Source: Acetobacterales bacterium
Lineage (GTDB): Bacteria; Pseudomonadota; Alphaproteobacteria; Acetobacterales; Acetobacteraceae
DNA length: 64,000 bases
Assembly (NCBI GenBank): GCA_038323655.1
Contig: JBBQHE010000002.1
Location: 149 to 64,148, forward strand
Direction: 5' to 3'
The notes beneath the pieces were generated by a model, which saw only the letters and a list, made by a program, of their open reading frames with translations, made no database searches and was not told the DNA's origin. The position numbers and the translations under genes were made by a program. This document shows positions 56,771-64,000 of the stretch, piece by piece (the stretch's first letter is position 1; every line of letters begins with the position of its first letter).

Positions 56771-57481
56771 TCACCGCGACGAGCCGTTCTGCCGGCCGTC
56801 GCGCAGCGCACCGAAGGTCGCGCCGGCAAATGCGCCGATCAACAACGGCATCGGTGCCGGCAGCCCGAGCACATGCACCGCCAATGCGACCCCGCCGGCG
56901 AGCGCCCAGGGAAGCAGGTCTCGCGCAGCACCGCGCCAAAGCGACACCAGCATCGCCAGGAAGGCCGCGGTCGCAGCGAAGAACAGGGGGTGGCCGGGAG
57001 GCAGGCGCACCACATCCCCAAAGCCATGCCCCATCGCCACCGTGACCAGCCAGACGGCCCATAGGAAGACCCCGACGCCGAGCAGGAAGGCGGCATCCCG
57101 TCCACCGGCCCGCATCTCAGCGACCGACAGGGCGAAGGAGTGATCGACCAGCGTCGTCAGCGTGCCCCAAAGCCGCCAGCCGTGCAGCCGGTCCAGCCAC
57201 GGCGCCAGGGCCGGCCCCATCGGCGCCATGCGCAGGTTCACGACAAAGGCGGCCAGGACGACGGCAGTGAAGGGCACCGGGTCGGCCCAGAATTCCAGCG
57301 CCAGCAACTGGGCCGAACCGGCGAAGACCAGGCCGCTCATCAGCAGCGTTTCGGCAAGCGACAGGCCGTGCTGCCCTGCGATGACGCCGGTGATCAGCCC
57401 GAAGGGCATCATGCCGAGGACCAGGGGCCTGGCCGCGCGCATGCCGCGCAGCGCACCGTCACGCGTGAAAAGAACCTGCAT
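56771..57481 (-). CDS. azlC: AzlC family branched-chain amino acid permease subunit
   Basis: ATG 57481. ..PFGLITGVIAGQHGLS..LMSGLVFAGSAQL.., ..VVNLRM.. are typical of AzlC. Confidence 0.8.
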   Translation of the reverse strand: MQVLFTRDGALRGMRAARPLVLGMMPFGLITGVIAGQHGLSLAETLLMSGLVFAGSAQLLALEFWADPVPFTAVVLAAFVVNLRMAPMGPALAPWLDRLHGWRLWGTLTTLVDHSFALSVAEMRAGGRDAAFLLGVGVFLWAVWLVTVAMGHGFGDVVRLPPGHPLFFAATAAFLAMLVSLWRGAARDLLPWALAGGVALAVHVLGLPAPMPLLIGAFAGATFGALRDGRQNGSSR

Positions 57482-57670
57482 CGTCGCAGTCTGCCGCGCC
57501 TGCTGCTCCGGGTCAGCCCATGTCGGCGGCAGGGCTGCAAGGACGGCACCGGATGGGTCGCCCAGCTTCCTGCGAAAAAAACCTGTTCTGACCTTGCCGC
57601 GTCTGAAAGGCGGGTCCAAACGCAGAGGCTACGGGTCTATCGCCCGTGACCGCGGGGCGTCTCGCGAAAG

Positions 57671-58585
57671 GTGTCGATGCAGGTCTATCTGCCGATCGCC
57701 GAAATGAGCGTGGATGCCCTGCTGCTGCTGGGCATCGGCTTCGGCGTGGGCTGGCTGTCGGGGCTGTTCGGCGTCGGTGGCGGCTTCCTGATGACGCCCT
57801 TGCTGATCCTGACCGGCATCCCCTCACCCATCGCCGTGGCCTCCGGCGCCTGCCAGACGCTGGGTGCCTCTGTTTCCGGCCTCATGTCGCACTGGCGGCG
57901 GGGCAATGTGGATGTGCGGATGGGGCTGACGCTGCTGGCCGGCGGCCTGCTCGGTTCCATCCTGGGCGTGCAGGTCTTCGCCCTGTTGCGTCGGATCGGT
58001 CAGGTCGATCTGGCCGTCGCGTTTTTCTATATCGTGGTGCTGGGTTCGGTCGGCATCCTGATGATCCGCGAATCCCTGGGTGCCATCCTGCGCCGCAACA
58101 GGGCGGTCCCTGCCAGGCTGCACGAGCATTTCTGGATGCATGGCCTGCCGCTGAAGGTGCGCTATCGCAAGTCCCGCCTGTACATCTCGATCATTCCGCC
58201 GATGCTCGCCGGGTTCGGCATCGGCATCCTCTCGGCGGTGATGGGCGTCGGCGGCGGCTTCATGCTGGTCCCGGTCATGATTTATCTGCTTGGCATGCCG
58301 ACGGCTGTGGTGATCGGCACCAGCCTGTTCCAGGTCGTCTTCGTTTCCGCCAACGTCACACTGCTGCAAGCCATCCAGACCGGCAGCGTCGATGTGGTGC
58401 TGGTGCTGCTGCTGCTGGCGGGCGGCGTTTCGGGTGCGCAGTTCGGTGCCGCGATGGGCGCCAAGCTGCGGGGTGAGCAGACACGTTTCCTCCTGGGCCT
58501 GCTGGTGCTCGCGGTCGCAGGCTCCCTGCTGTGGGGCCTGCTGCGCACGCCGGAGGCCGCTTTCGTGATAGGCCCAGCGCCGTGA
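57671..58585 (+). CDS. TauE/SafE family sulfite/anion exporter (DUF81)
   Basis: Duplicated ..GLFGVGGGFLMTPLL.. and ..VMGVGGGFMLVPVMIYLLGM.. motifs, about 8 TM helices. The start is GTG 57671 or ATG 57677. Confidence 0.85.
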   Translation: MSMQVYLPIAEMSVDALLLLGIGFGVGWLSGLFGVGGGFLMTPLLILTGIPSPIAVASGACQTLGASVSGLMSHWRRGNVDVRMGLTLLAGGLLGSILGVQVFALLRRIGQVDLAVAFFYIVVLGSVGILMIRESLGAILRRNRAVPARLHEHFWMHGLPLKVRYRKSRLYISIIPPMLAGFGIGILSAVMGVGGGFMLVPVMIYLLGMPTAVVIGTSLFQVVFVSANVTLLQAIQTGSVDVVLVLLLLAGGVSGAQFGAAMGAKLRGEQTRFLLGLLVLAVAGSLLWGLLRTPEAAFVIGPAP

Positions 58586-59316
58586 GGGGGCTGCTGCTGG
58601 CCCTGCTGCTTCTGGCGGCCGCCCCACTGCGCGCCCAGCCGGCGCTGGTCGCCGAACTGGCCCAGGCTTCGGTCGAGATCACCACCGGATTTACCGGCGC
58701 CTCCATCCTGGTCTTCGGCACGGCCGCCCGCCCTATCGGGCCCAACGGCGATGAAATCCTGGTCGTCGCGACCGGCCCTGGCCAGCCTGTGGTGGTGCGG
58801 CGGCGGGTGCAGGTTGCCGGACTCTGGGTAAATGGGCCGGCCGCGCGCTTTCCCGATGTGCCGGGCTTCTACGCCATCGCCGGCACCCGCCCGCCGTGGG
58901 AGATGCTGCCCGAGCCGGAACGCCAGGAACGCCGTCTGGGACTGGATGCGCTCAACCTGCGCGGCACTGGCCGCCAGGCCCCGGCCTTTCGCGCCGCTTT
59001 GGTCGAGTTGAAACAGAAGGAAGGCCTCTGGGCGGAACAGGCCAGTCCCGTCGCTGTCGCCGGCGGGCAGTTGTTCCATGCCCGCCTGCCGCTTCCCGAC
59101 ACTGTGCAGACCGGCGACTACACCGTGCAGGTGCTGCTGGTGCGCCAGGCCCGCGTGGTGGCGCGACAGGAATTGATCTTCCGGGTCGAGCGTGTTGGCA
59201 CGGCGGCGCAGATCAACGCCCTCGCCCGCCAGGCGCCGGCGCTCTACGGTCTGTTGTGCGTGGCGATGGCGGCGTTTGCCGGTTGGATCGGCAGCATTCT
59301 CTTTCGTCGTGGATAA
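58582..59316 (+). CDS. TIGR02186 family membrane-anchored protein
   Basis: GTG 58582 overlaps the TauE stop (GTGA). Signal peptide, ..VEITTGFTGASILVFG.., ..RRRVQVAGLWVN.., and a C-terminal ..APALYGLLCVAMAAFAGWIGSILFRR anchor. Confidence 0.6.
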   Translation: MRGLLLALLLLAAAPLRAQPALVAELAQASVEITTGFTGASILVFGTAARPIGPNGDEILVVATGPGQPVVVRRRVQVAGLWVNGPAARFPDVPGFYAIAGTRPPWEMLPEPERQERRLGLDALNLRGTGRQAPAFRAALVELKQKEGLWAEQASPVAVAGGQLFHARLPLPDTVQTGDYTVQVLLVRQARVVARQELIFRVERVGTAAQINALARQAPALYGLLCVAMAAFAGWIGSILFRRG

Positions 59317-59327
59317 GGAACGCGGCC

Positions 59328-59807
59328 GTGCCGGAAGCCGAACAGCAGAACCGCGTCTTCCTGGTCGTCGTGGACGACAGCGAGGAACGCCATGTCGCCC
59401 TTCGCTACGCCTGCCTGCGCGCCAAGAAATCTGGCGGGCGCGTGGCGCTGCTGCGGGTGATCGAACCGCCGGGACAAACGGAATGGGCGGGTGTCGGGGC
59501 GCTGATGGCCGAGGAAGCGCGCGGGGAGGCCGAAAAGCTGCTCTCCGGCCTGGCGGTGGAGGTGCAGGACATCACCGGCGGGTACCCCATCCTGCTGATC
59601 CGCGAAGGCGACCCGCGCGACGAATTGCTGAAACTGATGGAGGAGGAGAAGCGCATCTCCATTCTGGTGCTCGCGGCCGCCGGGGGCTCCGGTGGGCCGG
59701 GGCCGCTGATCGCCGCCCTCACCGGGCGCTTTGCTGCAAGGCTCCGGGTCCCCCTGACCATCGTGCCGGCGGCGATCGGCCTGGCGGAGCTTGACCGGGT
59801 GACCTGA
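59328..59807 (+). CDS. Universal stress protein family protein
   Basis: GTG 59328 follows AAGGAA. ..VFLVVVDDSEERHVALRYA.., and the nucleotide-binding-like ..ILVLAAAGGSGGPGPL.. / ..PLTIVP... Confidence 0.7.
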   Translation: MPEAEQQNRVFLVVVDDSEERHVALRYACLRAKKSGGRVALLRVIEPPGQTEWAGVGALMAEEARGEAEKLLSGLAVEVQDITGGYPILLIREGDPRDELLKLMEEEKRISILVLAAAGGSGGPGPLIAALTGRFAARLRVPLTIVPAAIGLAELDRVT

Positions 59808-59883
59808 CCCGCGTTCCCGGCTGGTTGCAACAAGGCGCGCAACCCCACATCTTCCTGCAGCACGACGCCACACGGGACGCCCC

Positions 59884-60447
59884 ATGTTCATCGAAACCGA
59901 AGCCACGCCGAACCCTGCCACGCTCAAGTTCCTGCCTGGCGAGGCGGTGATGGGCGATCGCGGCACGGCCGATTTCACCAGCCCGGAGGCGGCCCAGCGC
60001 TCGCCGCTGGCAGCCCGCCTCTTCGGCCTGACCGATGTGGCGCGTGTGTTCCTGGGTTCGGATTTCGTGACCATCACCAAGTCCGGCGGCGCTGATTGGC
60101 AGGGGCTGCGCCCGCAGGTGCTCGGCGCCATCATGGAACACTACCTCGGCGGCCACGCGGTGCTGGCTGGTGAGATGGAGGCTGCCGAGGCCGAGGATGT
60201 GGACCCGGCCGACCTGGAGATCGCCGCCCAGATTAAGGAACTGCTGGACAGCCGGGTGCGCCCCGCGGTCGCCAGCGACGGCGGCGACATCATTTTCCGC
60301 GGTTTCCGCGACGGCGTCGTGAAGCTGCGGATGCAGGGCGCCTGCAGCGGCTGCCCTTCGTCCCGCGCAACGCTCAAGCACGGGGTCGAGACCATGCTGC
60401 GGCACTACGTGCCCGAGGTCGTGTCGGTGGAGCAGGTCGAGGCCTGA
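59884..60447 (+). CDS. NifU/Nfu-type Fe-S cluster assembly protein (Nfu_N plus NifU C-terminal domain)
   Basis: MFIETEATPNPATLKFLPG.. (Nfu_N) and ..VRPAVASDGGDIIFRGF.DGVV.LRMQGACSGCPSS.. (CxxC). Confidence 0.85.
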   Translation: MFIETEATPNPATLKFLPGEAVMGDRGTADFTSPEAAQRSPLAARLFGLTDVARVFLGSDFVTITKSGGADWQGLRPQVLGAIMEHYLGGHAVLAGEMEAAEAEDVDPADLEIAAQIKELLDSRVRPAVASDGGDIIFRGFRDGVVKLRMQGACSGCPSSRATLKHGVETMLRHYVPEVVSVEQVEA

Positions 60448-60559
60448 GGGCCTTCATTCACGGATCGGATGCCGACCATACGCGGCGCGTGTTGGACCGA
60501 CGCGGCGCGCGCGCCGATAACCCGGGGCGTGCTTCACCCCGATCAGGGACCGATCGACC

Positions 60560-61150
60560 ATGACCGAAACCATCGACGCCGCCGCGCTGAGCCAGTTGTT
60601 CACCGAGGCGCGCAGCCAGAACAAGTGGCAGGACCGGCCAATCCCCGAGGGCAAGCTGCAGGAACTCTATGACCTGCTGAAGATGGCGCCGACCTCCGCC
60701 AACTGCTCTCCCGCCCGTTTCATCTTTGTGCGCAGCAGCGAGGCCAAGGCCAAGCTGAAGGAGGCCCTCGCTCCGGGCAATGTCGAGAAGACCATGACAG
60801 CCCCGGTCACCGCGATCGTGGCGACCGATCCGTTGTTCTACGACAAGCTGCCGTTCCTGTTCCCGCACGCCGATGCGCGGTCCTGGTTCGCCGGCAATGC
60901 AGCCTTCGCCGATACCTCGGCCTTCCGGAACGGCACGCTGCAGGGTGCCTATCTGATCATGGCCGCGCGCGCCGTTGGGCTCGACGCCGGACCGATGAGT
61001 GGCTTCGACAACGGCAAGGTCGACGAGTTGTTCCTGGCCGAGGAAGGCTGGAAGTCCAACTTCCTGGTGAACCTCGGCTACGGCGACGCGGCCGGCCTGT
61101 TCCCGCGCGGCCCGCGGCTCGGTTTTGAGGAAGCCTGCAAGATCGTCTGA
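60560..61150 (+). CDS. Nitroreductase-fold malonic semialdehyde reductase, RutE/YdjA-like
   Basis: ..[41 protein letters not shown].., ..GPMSGFD.. closely resemble RutE-type proteins; 196 aa. Confidence 0.8.
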   Translation: MTETIDAAALSQLFTEARSQNKWQDRPIPEGKLQELYDLLKMAPTSANCSPARFIFVRSSEAKAKLKEALAPGNVEKTMTAPVTAIVATDPLFYDKLPFLFPHADARSWFAGNAAFADTSAFRNGTLQGAYLIMAARAVGLDAGPMSGFDNGKVDELFLAEEGWKSNFLVNLGYGDAAGLFPRGPRLGFEEACKIV

Positions 61151-62572
61151 TCAGGCCGGGGGTGGCCAGGCGGCGCGGGGCATGGCCTGCATCGCCTTGG
61201 TCTCGGGTTCCTCGGTCGCCCCGAGACCCGGTACATCCAGTGAGCGCAGGTCAAGCACCCCATTGGTGATCTGCAGGCGCGGCCCGCGGGAGGTGTCGGC
61301 GTAAAGCCTCGGGTGCGCTTCCATGAAGCGCACCGCCTCTGCCTTCGGGCGGCCCGAAAAACCGTCGACGAAGTGGTGCCCGTTGCGCTCCACATGGGTC
61401 AGGCCAAGCAGCGAGATCAGCGCCAGATCCTGCTGCACGCAGACACCAGCCAGCGTGGTCAGGTCCTCGGCAGTCAGGAAATAGCCGCTGCCCCATGCAC
61501 GGACGCGGCCGAGGTTGATCAGGCTGCGCCAGATGCCTTTGCAGGCCTTTGATGAGACGCCGGCATAGCCCAGGCTGCGGGCGGTGACGAAGGCATCCAG
61601 CGGCCCGTCGCTTTCGTCGATGATGACAGGGCGGTGCGCGGCCAGTGCCGCCATGCTGGTGTCCAGCGCCCGGGCGCGCTTCACCGGTTGTTCGATGAAG
61701 GCGATGGCGGCGCGCAGGCCCGCGAGCCGCGGTTCGGCCTCCATCGCGCGCCACAGCGCGACCACGGCGGCCGCGTCATCATACTGTTCATTGCCATCCA
61801 GGCTTGCGCGATAGCCTGGCCGCTTGTCCAGCACGGCGGCGATGCGCGACAGGCGCTCCACATCTTCCGCGATGTTGCCGCCCACCTTCAGCTTCCACCA
61901 GCCATGGCCATAGGTGGCGGCGACCTCCTCCAGCGTCTCGGGCAGGCCGTCGTTCACCCGGACGGATTGGTCGGTGGCGGTGATCGGATCGACCAGCCCC
62001 ACCGTATGCCGCGCCTGCACGCGGGTCAGCGGCACCAGCCCCGCCAGCATGGCCGCAAAATCGAAGCCCGCCAGATCGGGTGCCGCTTCATGCGGTGCCA
62101 TGCCGCCGATGTTGGCCCGCATGCCGTCCCAGAAGGACAGGCCGTGCAGCTTCAGAAGCGCATCCAGCATTGCGCGGTCCAGCAGCGCGCGGCCGTAGCT
62201 CGCGACCAGCGGGTTCAGCCGTTCGGCGCCGCAGGCCGAAACCTGGGGGGCGTAGCCATTGGCGAAATGCCCGAAGGCGGTATCCAGCCCCGCCGCGCGG
62301 GTGGCATGGCAGGCCAATTCGATCGACCGGCGAAGCTGGTCTTCGTTCTGCGCGTCGGTCAGCGCCGCATCCTTGTCGAACCACTTGGCGGCGAGGGATT
62401 CGGCGGCGACACCCCAGGCCTGCCGTCCATCCTCGGTGGCGATACGGGCACGCAGCACGGCCTGGCGCCCATTGGTCACCGTGATGAGGCCGAAGCGGAA
62501 GGGCATCCGCAGGGCAAAAGGCCACTCATGCGCCTGGGCTTCAGCCAGGCGGAACCGCGGTGCATCAGCCAT
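61151..62572 (-). CDS. Enolase-superfamily (mandelate racemase / muconate lactonising enzyme-like) protein of unknown specificity
   Basis: Barrel motifs appear in order: WWKLKVGG (KxK), ASLDGNEQY (metal Asp), AFIEQP (Glu), VIIDESD (Asp/Glu), SSKACKG (Lys). ATG 62572 (MADAPRF..) is preferred. Confidence 0.65.
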   Translation of the reverse strand: MADAPRFRLAEAQAHEWPFALRMPFRFGLITVTNGRQAVLRARIATEDGRQAWGVAAESLAAKWFDKDAALTDAQNEDQLRRSIELACHATRAAGLDTAFGHFANGYAPQVSACGAERLNPLVASYGRALLDRAMLDALLKLHGLSFWDGMRANIGGMAPHEAAPDLAGFDFAAMLAGLVPLTRVQARHTVGLVDPITATDQSVRVNDGLPETLEEVAATYGHGWWKLKVGGNIAEDVERLSRIAAVLDKRPGYRASLDGNEQYDDAAAVVALWRAMEAEPRLAGLRAAIAFIEQPVKRARALDTSMAALAAHRPVIIDESDGPLDAFVTARSLGYAGVSSKACKGIWRSLINLGRVRAWGSGYFLTAEDLTTLAGVCVQQDLALISLLGLTHVERNGHHFVDGFSGRPKAEAVRFMEAHPRLYADTSRGPRLQITNGVLDLRSLDVPGLGATEEPETKAMQAMPRAAWPPPA

Positions 62573-63455
62573 GGGGTAAAACCCTCCGCGCATGGGTTGC
62601 GATCTCGCCAGGCCGGCACAACCAGCACTGTTCGCGCCGCGCTGCGATATGCGCCAGCACGCGGCGCAGATGCCGCAGCCGAAAGGGCCAGCCGACCAGA
62701 AAGGGATGCAGCGACAGGTTGAAGACGAGCGGCCAGCGTGCCGACAGCCGCAGCATTTCGTCGAACTGGTCGATCATCGTATCGGCCCAGACCGAGGGCG
62801 GCCATTTGGCGCCATGCAACGCCGGCAGGTCGTTGTTCGGCCGCGCATAGGGCACGGCGACAAGGTCGCGCCCCGACCGGGTCGCCAGCAGTGTCGGTTG
62901 GTCATCATGCGCCCAGTCCATGACGTAGTCGAAACCCGCCTCGGCCAGCAGATCCGGCGTCGCATGGGTCTGCGCGACCCAGGGGCCCATCCAGCCATGC
63001 GGGGCGGTCCCTTCCTCGGCCAGCATGCGCGCGCGGCAGCCGGCGATCATCGCGGCCTCGGTCGCGGCGTCCATCTCCGACTGGCGTTCGGCGTTGGTCC
63101 GGCCGTGCGCCACCATCTCATCGCCACGGGCGGAGAAAGCAGCGGCGACCTCAGGGCAGGCATCATAGATCGCCGTATTGACCAGGGCGCAGGCCGGCAG
63201 GGCGTGTTCGTCCAGTGCTTCCAGCACGTTCCACACGCCGACCCGGTTGCCCCAGTCGCGCCAGGAATAGTTCAGCACGTCGGGTTCCGGCAGCGGGTTG
63301 GCCAGCGGCACGCCCAGGCCCTCCGCGAAAGGGAAGGCTTCCAGGTTCACGTCGATATGCACGGCCAGCCGCGTGCCGTTCGGCCAGTCCCAGACCGGAC
63401 GTCGGGCAATCGCGGAGTAGGGATAGCGGCCGTGTGTCTGCATAATCGCGATCAT
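62565..63455 (-). CDS. Polysaccharide deacetylase family protein (PuuE-like fold)
   Basis: ATG 63455 (MIAIMQTHGRYPYS..) lies inside the 462-aa track ORF. ..LAVHIDVNLEAF.., ..MVAHGRTN.., ..FNLSLHPFLVG... The stop overlaps the enolase-family start by 8 nt. Confidence 0.75.
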   Translation of the reverse strand: MIAIMQTHGRYPYSAIARRPVWDWPNGTRLAVHIDVNLEAFPFAEGLGVPLANPLPEPDVLNYSWRDWGNRVGVWNVLEALDEHALPACALVNTAIYDACPEVAAAFSARGDEMVAHGRTNAERQSEMDAATEAAMIAGCRARMLAEEGTAPHGWMGPWVAQTHATPDLLAEAGFDYVMDWAHDDQPTLLATRSGRDLVAVPYARPNNDLPALHGAKWPPSVWADTMIDQFDEMLRLSARWPLVFNLSLHPFLVGWPFRLRHLRRVLAHIAARREQCWLCRPGEIATHARRVLPHG

Positions 63456-63494
63456 TCCACCACGCCGGCCATGCCATATCCAGGGAGCCGCCCA

Positions 63495-63935
63495 ATGACC
63501 GACACCACCCAGATCGTCTGCCCGCAGTGCGACGGGCTGAACCGCGTGCCGACCGCGCGCCTCGCCGACGGCCCCCGCTGCGGCCAGTGCCGCGCGCCCC
63601 TGTTCCAGGCCAAGCCCCTGTCCCTGGACGAAGCCCGGTTTCGCCGTCACCGCCAGCACAGCGGCCTGCCTTTGCTGGTGGATTTCTGGGCCAGCTGGTG
63701 CGGCCCCTGCCGTGCCATGGCCCCGGCGTTCGAGGCCGCAGCCGCGGCGCTGGAACCAAAGATGCGGCTGGCAAAAGTCTCGACCGAGGAAGCCCCCACG
63801 CTCGCCGCCGAGCTTGGCATCATGAGCATCCCGACCCTGGCGGTCTTCGCTGGCGGCAGAGAGGTCGCGCGCCAGGCGGGCGCGATGCCGGCGGCCCAGA
63901 TCATCGCCTGGGCACAATCGGTGGCGGTGCGATGA
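63495..63935 (+). CDS. trxC: Thioredoxin 2 type (N-terminal zinc-finger CxxC..CxxC plus WCGPC)
   Basis: MTDTTQIVCPQCDGLNRVP..GPRCGQCRAPLF.., ..LVDFWASWCGPCRAMAP... Confidence 0.9.
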   Translation: MTDTTQIVCPQCDGLNRVPTARLADGPRCGQCRAPLFQAKPLSLDEARFRRHRQHSGLPLLVDFWASWCGPCRAMAPAFEAAAAALEPKMRLAKVSTEEAPTLAAELGIMSIPTLAVFAGGREVARQAGAMPAAQIIAWAQSVAVR

Positions 63936-63939
63936 GGTC

Positions 63940-64000
63940 TCAGGCCAGCGCATCCTCCAGCATCGCCAGGCCGTTGAAATAGGCGCCCAGGATGCTGTCG
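63940..64000 (-). CDS. 3' end (last 19 codons) of an unidentified gene running in from the right edge
   Basis: Reverse frame ..DSILGAYFNGLAMLEDALA* with TGA at 63940-63942. 17 of the 19 sense codons end in G or C, like genuine genes here. Too short for a family call. Confidence 0.35.
   Translation of the reverse strand, partial: DSILGAYFNGLAMLEDALA

Noticed and set aside
60481-60516. GC-rich direct repeat CGCGGCGCG (two copies) and palindrome GGCGCGCGCGCC, considered as an nfu terminator or a riboswitch before the RutE-like gene
   Set aside because: It is very short, made only of CG-type low-complexity sequence common in this genome, and has no U-tract or recognisable riboswitch core.

Overview
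This is a very GC-rich chromosomal segment (G+C judged by eye, not computed) that is densely coding on both strands. I call about 70 protein-coding genes and one tRNA-Leu(GAG). I found no rRNA, CRISPR array, transposase, integrase, phage gene or recognisable defence system.

The gene content points to an alphaproteobacterium. Supporting genes are an ATP12 F1-assembly chaperone, a TIGR02186 membrane protein next to TauE, a TM-anchored J-domain protein and an Nfu-type NifU. Five Bug/TctC-type orphan solute-binding proteins suggest an Acetobacteraceae/Roseomonas-like or similarly Bug-expanded lineage; that placement is inference only.

Main blocks:
- 1-8.7 kb: a catabolic neighbourhood with amidase, PuuE-like deacetylase, TcuA-like flavoprotein, VOC, GntR and solute-binding proteins.
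- 8.7-10.7 kb: a gene-decay patch with three truncated transporter genes and two small secreted proteins.
- 10.7-13.4 kb: asparaginase, then a GntR regulator divergent from a haloacetate dehalogenase.
- 13.4-18 kb: an ABC-2 exporter and a methyl-accepting chemotaxis protein.
- 18-24 kb: a co-directional run galU-ugd-pgm-GGCT-GNAT plus a 509-aa GT9-like protein.
- 24.1-25.5 kb: a translationally coupled VWA / J-domain pair.
- 25.7-28.1 kb: a solute-binding protein, 2OG oxygenase and VOC operon.
- 28-41 kb: maeB, tRNA-Leu, lipB, sulfatase, an FrhB-like protein, rhlE, ATP12, AsmA and a pseudouridine synthase.
- 44-47.5 kb: rfbBACD.
- 51.5-56.4 kb: a TetR, Gfo/Idh/MocA, DUF993, TIM-barrel and Bug operon.
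- 56.4-64 kb: azlCD, TauE with TIGR02186 and USP, Nfu, a RutE-like protein, an enolase-superfamily protein with a deacetylase, and trxC.

No single obvious new system stands out. The most checkable oddities are:
- the transporter-remnant junction at about 8.97 kb;
- the fluoroacetate-dehalogenase-like gene with a perfect 21-bp operator palindrome;
- the GGCT-GNAT-GT9-like trio coupled to UDP-sugar genes;
- a six-copy 14-15-bp tandem repeat carrying three GANTC sites;
- two sigma54-like -24/-12 motifs;
- an overlapping enolase-superfamily / deacetylase pair.

Many very long ORFs in the track are antisense or extension artefacts of the high GC content, and I rejected them. All family assignments come from motif recognition by eye; no database search was run.
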